Part shown: one piece after another, positions 9,171 to 15,796 of the stretch
Layout: every line of letters begins with the position of its first letter
Position numbering within the stretch: position 1 is the stretch's first letter
Assembly (NCBI GenBank): GCA_050015075.1
Contig: JBEKCB010000051.1
Span: 1 to 19,446 of the forward strand
DNA: 19,446 nucleotides
Source of the DNA: Candidatus Brocadiia bacterium
GTDB taxonomy: Bacteria > Planctomycetota > Brocadiia > CAIUPP01
Direction of reading: 5' to 3'
Program-made: the position numbers and the translations under genes
Notes under the pieces: generated by a model
Seen by the model: the letters and a program-made list of their open reading frames with translations, nothing else
Told to the model about the DNA's origin: nothing
Databases searched by the model: none

Positions 9171-10445
9171 TCACTGAGCGGACTTGGACTTCGGGCCGAA
9201 GCGAAGGACCCATTCCGGCGCGTCCATGCCGCCCCAACCGCCCGGATCAAAGCTCGCCACGAAAATCTTCCACAGCGTCGGGTCATAGGGCGCCAGCGCG
9301 CCCCAGAGCACCCCTGGCGTATTCGGGTAATTCGGGTCGGGCGGCTCGCCGTCAATCCGCTGGAATTTCGCGTGCTCGACCTGGTGGTTCCACATGAAGT
9401 CCCGGTTGGTGGCGATGAGGCGCGCGATCTCCTCTTTCGTGAAGACCAGGCCGTGCTCGTACGCGTCCACGATGCCGCCGACGTCAACGCTGTAGTATCC
9501 GCCGTTGGGATGGACGCCTTGCCAGAGCTTCAGAGAGCCGTCCGGCTTATGATCCCACGGACCGGCCGGGTCCCAGTAGTTCCAGACGAAATACTTTCCG
9601 TCATCCCGGAGCCGCATGCGCGACTTCATCACGCGCCACCACATCTCGGCGCGCTCGCGGTAGATCGGTTCGTGCGTCGCGTCGTACATGGCGAGGATCC
9701 ACTCGCCGATGAGGTTCTGCATGTTGTTGGGCACAGTGAAGCAGTCGTTGCTCTTCGGCAGGTACCCCCACTGTGTCGTCTCGCGGATGATGCCGAAAAC
9801 CGGGACGACCCACACGCCGCCTTCCTTGACCTCGCGCCAGGCGCCGCGCTTATTCCATTTTTCGAACAACTTCCCGGAGAGCTGGAGGTACTCGCGGGCC
9901 TTTGCCCCGTACTTCTCTTGCAGGGCCGGCGTCTTTAGAATTTCGGCGGCCATTTTGACCATGGGAGCGAGCATCATCGCCTCGCCCAGCTCGTTATCGG
10001 TGTGATAGATCTCCTCGGCGTCGTTGCTGAGGCCCAGGATCTCCCACGGCCACCCGATGTATCCATCCGGCTCCTTCACGCCGCGTTTGATCACGGCGTC
10101 GCTCCAGTCAATCAGGCGGTCAATCCACTCGCGGTCGCCCGTGGCCATGTAGCCGTAGTAATACGCGTTCAGGAACGGACTGACGCGCCAGCCGATTCCC
10201 TCGCCCATTTCCTTGTCGCAAAAGCGCTGGTTGCTGTCGCTGACGACGTTCGGCTTCCAGCGCTGCAGCCAATCCTTGCAGGTCGCCGCGTCCAAGCTCG
10301 GCTGAAAAGCCGCTCCGCTTTTCTCATCCTTCGCCTGGCCCTGGGCGGTGGAAACGCCGGATGGAAGGACCCATGCGAGGACCAATCCCATCCCGATCGC
10401 GGCCAGCCGTCCGCGCGCCGCGCTGCGATGCAATCCATGTGACAT
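9171..10445 (-). CDS. Paralog P7 (first gene of array), secreted
   Basis: Start at ATG 10445 after TCTGAAAGGGCCAAT. Signal peptide ...WVLPSGVSTA-Q. 424 aa. The ORF-track extension to 10937 overlaps the oxidoreductase and is rejected. Confidence 0.85.
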   Translation of the reverse strand: MSHGLHRSAARGRLAAIGMGLVLAWVLPSGVSTAQGQAKDEKSGAAFQPSLDAATCKDWLQRWKPNVVSDSNQRFCDKEMGEGIGWRVSPFLNAYYYGYMATGDREWIDRLIDWSDAVIKRGVKEPDGYIGWPWEILGLSNDAEEIYHTDNELGEAMMLAPMVKMAAEILKTPALQEKYGAKAREYLQLSGKLFEKWNKRGAWREVKEGGVWVVPVFGIIRETTQWGYLPKSNDCFTVPNNMQNLIGEWILAMYDATHEPIYRERAEMWWRVMKSRMRLRDDGKYFVWNYWDPAGPWDHKPDGSLKLWQGVHPNGGYYSVDVGGIVDAYEHGLVFTKEEIARLIATNRDFMWNHQVEHAKFQRIDGEPPDPNYPNTPGVLWGALAPYDPTLWKIFVASFDPGGWGGMDAPEWVLRFGPKSKSAQ

Positions 10446-10509
10446 ATTGGCCCTTTCAGAAGCGCTGCAGGAACGACGAAGCTTTCCTGGGTCTCGAATC
10501 CCGGCGCCA

Positions 10510-10538
10510 AGATTACTGCAAGGCCGCGGGGAAGTCAA
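10510..10538 (-). promoter_or_regulatory. Sigma70-type promoter for the paralog array
   Basis: Minus strand TTGACT-N17-TAATCT, with the -10 about 65 bp upstream of the P7 ATG. Confidence 0.6.
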
Positions 10539-10564
10539 CACGCCGCCGGACCGCGCAACCGGCG

Positions 10565-11740
10565 TCAATCGCGCGCGAGAGCGGCGTCGAAATATGCGGC
10601 GATCTTCGGCGAGAGCTTCGGGATATTCACCGGGATCCCGCCATGCCGCAGCGAATGCGCCGCCATGCAGCCGGCGGCGACGCTGTACCGGGCCGCCACC
10701 GGTGACGTGGTCACTTTCTTCCCGAACCGCACGTGCTCGATGAACTCCGCGACGATGCTCAAATCGGAGCCGCCATGGCTGCCGCTCAGGGGCGGCAGGT
10801 AGAATTGCTCGTCGCCGAACGGGTTGCAATGCGTGCGGCGGTTCCAGAGTTTGATGCAGTCCTCCGTCACGTTCTCGATGCGGCCCTCCGTCCCGATGAT
10901 CGTGTAGTTGCGCCATCCGTCCGGCGTGAAGTGGCACTGCTGGTAGGAGGCGAACACGCCGTTGTCGAGCTGCATGAGCATCATGCTGACGTCCTCGACG
11001 TCAATCACCGGGTTCAGCCCCTTCTGCGAGAGCGGCGGCCAGTTCTCCATGCGCCACGACGCGTCGCCGCGTTCCTTCGGCGAGTGGCGGTCCTTGATCC
11101 GATCGTACAGCACCAGCCCGCCGAGCGCGTTCACGCGCGCGGTGTAACCCCCGCAGAGCCAATGCAATACGTCAATGTCGTGCGCGCCTTTCTGCAGCAG
11201 CAGGCTGGTGCTTTTGCTCCGATCGGCGTGCCAGTCCTTGAAGAAAGCGTCGCCGCCGTACCCGACGAAGTGGCGGCACCAGCCGGCCTTCACCTGCCCG
11301 ATGGCGCCGTCCAGGATCAGCTCGCGCATCTTGCGGATCAGCCTCATGTGCCGCATGTTGTGGCCCAGGTACAGCTTCAACTTCCGCTCGAACGCGGTCC
11401 GGAGAATCCGGTCGCAGCCGCGGACGGTGATCGCCATCGGCTTTTCCAAGTACACCGCCTTGCCCGCTTTCAGCGCGGCGACGGCGTGCTCCTCGTGGAG
11501 GAAGTCCGGCGAAGTGACGAAGACTGCGCCGATGTCTTTCAACGCGAGCAGGCGCCGGTAATCGTCGGTCACGAAAACGTCCGGCCCGAAATCGAGCTTG
11601 AACCGCGCCAGCGCCGCCGGATTGGTGTCGGCCCCCGCGACGACGCGGACGCCGTCCTCCGGATGATGCGCGTTGCGCGCCAGGGCGCCCCGGCCGCCAG
11701 CGCCGATGACGCCGATCCTCAGTTCCTTCGTCGCGGGCAT
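10565..11740 (-). CDS. Gfo/Idh/MocA family NAD(P)-dependent oxidoreductase
   Basis: N-terminal RIGVIGAGGRG Rossmann motif, SPDFLHEEHA, EKPMA and LLQKGAHDID. RBS GAAAGGA. Confidence 0.93.
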   Translation of the reverse strand: MPATKELRIGVIGAGGRGALARNAHHPEDGVRVVAGADTNPAALARFKLDFGPDVFVTDDYRRLLALKDIGAVFVTSPDFLHEEHAVAALKAGKAVYLEKPMAITVRGCDRILRTAFERKLKLYLGHNMRHMRLIRKMRELILDGAIGQVKAGWCRHFVGYGGDAFFKDWHADRSKSTSLLLQKGAHDIDVLHWLCGGYTARVNALGGLVLYDRIKDRHSPKERGDASWRMENWPPLSQKGLNPVIDVEDVSMMLMQLDNGVFASYQQCHFTPDGWRNYTIIGTEGRIENVTEDCIKLWNRRTHCNPFGDEQFYLPPLSGSHGGSDLSIVAEFIEHVRFGKKVTTSPVAARYSVAAGCMAAHSLRHGGIPVNIPKLSPKIAAYFDAALARD

Positions 11741-11822
11741 GTCAGTTTCCTTTCGAGATCATGGAATGCCGTATCTTGACAACGCGGGCCGCTCCGGTCA
11801 AGCACGGTTCGGCGGGCTTTCA

Positions 11823-13823
11823 TCACCGGCCGGCGGCTTCGGACAGGATGCGGAGGAATTCGGGTTTCGGATGCCCGCCGCAGCGCTCGGCGGCGAGCGC
11901 GTCGGACAGGGCGCGCGCGTGGTCCTTCACCGTGTGATAGGCGATGGCCCGGTTCAAGTACGCGGCGGCGTAGTCCGGATTGATCGCGATGGCCCGCGTG
12001 TAATCGGCAATCGCCTCGGCGGTGCGCCCGATCTCCATCCAGGCGTTGCCGCGATTGAAGAACGCCAGCGCGTAGCCGGGCTCAAGGGCGACGGCCTCGT
12101 CGAAGTCCTCGAAGGCGCGCCGGCGCAACTCGGACTGCGCCTGGCCCGTCTGCGCGGCGGCCAATTGCATGAAGGCCAGCGCGCGGTTTCCATACGCCTG
12201 CGCGAAAGTCGGCCGCAGCCGGATCGCCTGCCCGTAGCCGTCAATGGCCTGCTGCAGCCGGCCCAGGCTCGCGGCGGCCTTGGCGCGGTCGTAGTACGCA
12301 TCGGGGCTCGGGTCCAGCTCGACGACCTTATCGTAGTCCTGCATCGCGGCCGCGCCCTGGCCGCGGGCCAGGCGCAGCAGCGCGCGGTGGGCGTACGCCT
12401 CGGCCTGCTGCGGTTGCAAGGCCAGGGCCTTCTCGCAGCACCGTTCCGCCTCGTCGAGGAGCGCGGCCGAGTCCGCTCCGGGCGTCGCCGCCTCCCGGAC
12501 GAGCAAGCCGGCCAGGTTGCCGTACGCCATCCACGCCTTCGGATTCTTCGCCAGCGTGTCGCGCCAGAGCGCTTCCTCGTCATGGTAGATGCGCGTCTGC
12601 CGGAAGGTGAGAACGGCGCAGGCCAGGACCAGCGCGCCGGCCGCCGCCATCGCAACCGTCCGCCCAGCGCCGGGCCGCTCCATGACCCAGGCCAGCAATC
12701 CTGCCACCAGCGAGACCACGCCGATCAGCGCCGTGTATTGCCAGTGGTCCGCGACCAGCGAGTAGCGCATGAAGTAGATGTCCAGGAAACCCAGCACCGG
12801 CAGCAGCGCCAGCACGAAGTACCCGAGCGCGAAGAGCAGCGGCCGGCCCCAAGTTCGCCGGAATGCCGCGAAGAGGAACAGCATCGCGAGGAACAGCAGG
12901 CCGGGGACGAATGCCGGGAGCGAAGCGGACGTAGTCCAGCGCGGATAGCAGAAGCAGAGGTTCGCCGGCAGCAGCGCCTTGTACAGGTAGAACCAGACCG
13001 CCCAGCCCGCGCCCGCCGCGCGCGCGGCCAGGCTGTCGGTGCGGACCACTTCTCCCGCGATGTCGCTTTGGTATTGGTACCAGACGGTCACCAGTCCCAG
13101 CGCCAGCGACAGCGCGAAGAACGGGACCGTCCGGAGCAGGTCCCGCGCCGCAACTTTCCCTCGCCGCCACCACGCGCAGAGAAGCAGCACCGCCGGCAGC
13201 ATCACTACCGAGGTCTTCGCCAGCAAGGCCAGTAGGAACAGGCCAATAGATAGCAAGTAATGCGGATTGCGGATTGCGGATTGTGAACTGCCGTCCGTCG
13301 TGACCGTCGTGTCGTCGTCGTGGGAACAGCCGTCCTCAAAACGCAGATACGCCAGGATGCTCGCCAGGTAGAACACCATCGGCAGGGTGTTCTTGCGCTC
13401 GGTGATCCACGCCACCGACTCGACCGCCACCGGGTGCACCGCAAAGAGCAGCCCCGCCAGCCACGCGCCGGGAACCTTGAGCCGCAGAAGCACGCGCCAG
13501 AGCAGCACCGCGCTCGCCGCGTGCAGCAGCACGTTGACCAGATGGTAGCCGAGCGCGCTCGGCCCCCACAAATGCCACAAACGCCACTCGAACCAGAGCA
13601 TGCTGGAGGTCAGCGGGAAGTAGTCCGGCGGCTGCGTGGTGAACCAGAAACGGTACAGGCCGTCGGGGGCATGGATGAGCGGGTTCTCGGTCAGGAACTT
13701 GTCATCATCCCAGATGAACCCGGCGTGGAAAACCGGCCAGTAGGCGAGCAGCGCCGCCACGATAATCAGTGCGGCCGGAAGGAATCGCCGTGCGGCGCGC
13801 GGGCGCTCCGGGACCTGGCTCAT
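11823..13823 (-). CDS. TMTC-like (GT-C type) multi-pass membrane protein with C-terminal TPR repeats
   Basis: FIWDD motif after TM1, YFPLT, YHLVNVLLH, LLFAVHPVAVESVAWITERK, LLAK, ADHWQY, and TPR repeats in the C-terminal part. Start is 13823 (or 13832) rather than 13949. Confidence 0.88.
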   Translation of the reverse strand: MSQVPERPRAARRFLPAALIIVAALLAYWPVFHAGFIWDDDKFLTENPLIHAPDGLYRFWFTTQPPDYFPLTSSMLWFEWRLWHLWGPSALGYHLVNVLLHAASAVLLWRVLLRLKVPGAWLAGLLFAVHPVAVESVAWITERKNTLPMVFYLASILAYLRFEDGCSHDDDTTVTTDGSSQSAIRNPHYLLSIGLFLLALLAKTSVVMLPAVLLLCAWWRRGKVAARDLLRTVPFFALSLALGLVTVWYQYQSDIAGEVVRTDSLAARAAGAGWAVWFYLYKALLPANLCFCYPRWTTSASLPAFVPGLLFLAMLFLFAAFRRTWGRPLLFALGYFVLALLPVLGFLDIYFMRYSLVADHWQYTALIGVVSLVAGLLAWVMERPGAGRTVAMAAAGALVLACAVLTFRQTRIYHDEEALWRDTLAKNPKAWMAYGNLAGLLVREAATPGADSAALLDEAERCCEKALALQPQQAEAYAHRALLRLARGQGAAAMQDYDKVVELDPSPDAYYDRAKAAASLGRLQQAIDGYGQAIRLRPTFAQAYGNRALAFMQLAAAQTGQAQSELRRRAFEDFDEAVALEPGYALAFFNRGNAWMEIGRTAEAIADYTRAIAINPDYAAAYLNRAIAYHTVKDHARALSDALAAERCGGHPKPEFLRILSEAAGR
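13259..13283 (-). repeat. Heptamer repeat (AATCCGC)x3 inside the CDS
   Basis: caatccgcaatccgcaatccgcatt on the minus strand, encoding QSAIRNPH. Confidence 0.7.
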
Positions 13824-13830
13824 GCGCCCC

Positions 13831-13859
13831 ATTCTGACCGCGCAGCCCGGTCGCGTCAA
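13831..13859 (-). promoter_or_regulatory. Sigma70-type promoter, possibly giving a leaderless transcript
   Basis: TTGACG-N17-CAGAAT followed 7 nt later by ATG 13823. No clear Shine-Dalgarno. Confidence 0.5.
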
Positions 13860-13951
13860 GCGATTGCCCGCCGCCCCGGCGGACCGGAGGGGGATATCAG
13901 GTCCATGCGTCCGCCGCAACGGAGAGCCGCATAAGTAAAGTCGCACCACTA

Positions 13952-14631
13952 AGTTGTCGAGAGCACCGACTAGGTACTTATCGTACCTAGCTGCGGATCA
14001 AGGCCACTCGGAGTCGAGCCTCGGGATTCCGGGTGTAGCGATGTCACTTGCGGAGGTGCAGGCAACGCGCCTCTCGCCGCTTCGCAACAGTTGCCGAGAG
14101 CAGCCGACTAGATACGTATCGTATCTAGTGGACGACCAAGGCTGCTCGGAGTCGAGCCTCGGGATTCCGGGTGTAGCGATGTCACTTGCGGAGGTGCAGG
14201 CAAAGGGCCTGTCGCCGCTTCGCAACAGTTGCCGAGAGCAGCCGACTAGATACGTATCGTACCTAGTGGACGACCAAGGCTGCTCGGAGTCGAGCCTCGG
14301 GATTCCGAACGTAGCAATGTCACTTGCGGAGGCGCAGGCAAAGGGCCGCTCGCCGCTTCGCAACAGTTGCCGAGAGCAGCCGACTAGATACGTATCGTAC
14401 CTAGTGGACGACCAAGGCTGCTCGGAGTCGAGCCTCGGGATTCCGGGTGTAGCGATGTCACTTGCGGAGGTGCAGGCAAAGGGCCTGTCGCCGCTTCGCA
14501 ACAGTTGCCGAGAGCAGCCGACTAGATACGTATCGTACCTAGTGGACGACCAAGGCTGCTCGGAGTCAAGCCTCGGGATTCCGGGTACGTCCATGCCACT
14601 GGCGCAGGCGCGGGCGAAGGGCCCGTCGCCG
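13952..14631. repeat. Tandem array of ~5 x 138-bp structured repeats
   Basis: Units start at 13952, 14089, 14227, 14365 and 14503. Internal units are near-identical and the outer halves of units 1 and 5 are degenerate. Each unit has nested inverted repeats. Confidence 0.95.
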
Positions 14632-14677
14632 GCTCATGGCAGAACACGAAGTTCCCCGGGACATTTATTTGCGGCGT

Positions 14678-15745
14678 TTAATACGCGCCCAGGGTCTTCG
14701 CCAGGTCGGTGATCCGGCAGAAGTCTTTCAGGCTGACCGTCGCAGGGACGGAGTGGTCGGAGGAGAAGATGTAGCCGCCGTTCCGCATGACGACGGGAAG
14801 AACGCGCCGCATCTCCGCCTCGATCTGGTCGGGCTTATCCCAGAGGACGGCGTTGATGCCGCCATGGAGGACGAGCTTGTCGCCGAACTTCTTCTTGAGC
14901 GCGATGGGGTCCATGCCCGCCTTGACTTCCAGCGGGTTGAGCGCGTCGAGGCCGATTCCCACCAGCTCCGGCACGAAGGGGTTGACGTCGCCGCAGGAGT
15001 GCAGGTGCGCCTTGACGCCGTGGGCGTGGGCCCATTCGATGGCGCGCTGATGCACCGGCTTGAGCAGCTCGCGGTAGGTGCGCAGGGAGAAGAACTGGTT
15101 GTGCTTGTAGCCCATGTCGTCGCACCAGAAGATGGCGTCGAACTGGTACCCGGCATCCCAGATCATCTGAAAGAGCGCGAGGTGCACGTCGAGGGCATGG
15201 TTGAACATTTCCACGCACCATTCCGGGTCCTCGGCCAGCGCCATCAGGACGCGCTCGGTGCCGACGGCCCAGGAATGCGTCGTGTCGAAGCCGAACCAGA
15301 GGCTGGCGTTGAGCCAGTAGCCTTTCTCGCGCCAGATCGGGTAGTTCTTCTTGAGGCGGTCCCAGTTGATCCGGTCGCGGTCGGGGGTCATGCGTTTCTT
15401 GGCTTTGGCCCACGCGGCGCGGTCCACGATGGTGAAGTCGAGGAACTGCGGCGTGGAAACGACGCCCTTCCAGTTCTTCACGGTGAGGCCCCAGGGCGTG
15501 GTGCGGACCTGGTATTCGTCGGTCTCTTCGAGGACCTTCTCCGGATAGCGCGGGCTGTTGTCCGCGCCGATGCCGATGACGTGGTCAATGCCGAAGAAGT
15601 CCACGAAGTCCGTTTCCTTCGGCATGCCTTCGCGCTGCCAGCGCGCGATGGTTGAACTCCACGGCTCGTCAATGATCGGCACGCGGTCCGCGTCGCGGTG
15701 CTCGAACATGCGCTTGAAACGTTCGCGGGAGGTCAGTTCTTTCAT
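14678..15745 (-). CDS. Uroporphyrinogen decarboxylase (URO-D)/MtaA-CmuA family protein
   Basis: MKELTSRERF...DRVP N-terminus, CDDMG, HLHSCGD, LHGGI and GGYIFSSDHSVP. This is the HxC-containing URO-D-like subgroup, not true HemE. Confidence 0.9.
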   Translation of the reverse strand: MKELTSRERFKRMFEHRDADRVPIIDEPWSSTIARWQREGMPKETDFVDFFGIDHVIGIGADNSPRYPEKVLEETDEYQVRTTPWGLTVKNWKGVVSTPQFLDFTIVDRAAWAKAKKRMTPDRDRINWDRLKKNYPIWREKGYWLNASLWFGFDTTHSWAVGTERVLMALAEDPEWCVEMFNHALDVHLALFQMIWDAGYQFDAIFWCDDMGYKHNQFFSLRTYRELLKPVHQRAIEWAHAHGVKAHLHSCGDVNPFVPELVGIGLDALNPLEVKAGMDPIALKKKFGDKLVLHGGINAVLWDKPDQIEAEMRRVLPVVMRNGGYIFSSDHSVPATVSLKDFCRITDLAKTLGAY

Positions 15746-15796
15746 GGTGCCCGCCTTAATCCAGAGCCAGGCGTCGGAGTTGCCGGCGCGAAGCGC

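Noticed and set aside
1146-10445. Diversity-generating retroelement or invertase shufflon as the source of paralog variation
   Set aside because: No reverse transcriptase or recombinase and no template repeat. Variation includes length changes rather than adenine-only substitutions, and all copies are full genes in one orientation.
10541-10568. GC hairpin after the oxidoreductase stop as a terminator
   Set aside because: Imperfect stem and no proper U-tract.
10446-10937. N-terminal extension of P7 to 588 aa, and similar extensions of P2-P6 in the ORF track
   Set aside because: The extensions overlap upstream genes or intergenic elements. The conserved RBS and signal peptide define the downstream ATG.
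11776-11801. CTTGAC...GTCAAG inverted repeat upstream of the oxidoreductase as operator/promoter
   Set aside because: Only 6-bp arms. The minus-strand TTGACC-N17-CAAGAT has a weak -10, which is too little to call.
975-12655. Long plus-strand and alternate-frame ORFs over the paralogs, oxidoreductase and TMTC-like gene (e.g. 975..2594, 2167..3546, 6331..7797, 11673..13235)
   Set aside because: Antisense shadows of GC3-rich genes. They recur only because the real genes are repeated, and show no independent motifs or RBS.
13952-14631. CRISPR array or integron attC array
   Set aside because: No unique spacers or cassettes between units, no RYYYAAC/GTTRRRY pair bounding the hairpin, and no cas or integrase gene in the window.
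14678-15745. Assigning hemE
   Set aside because: It lacks the HemE RQAGR motif and has the HxC signature of URO-D-like/MtaA-type paralogs.
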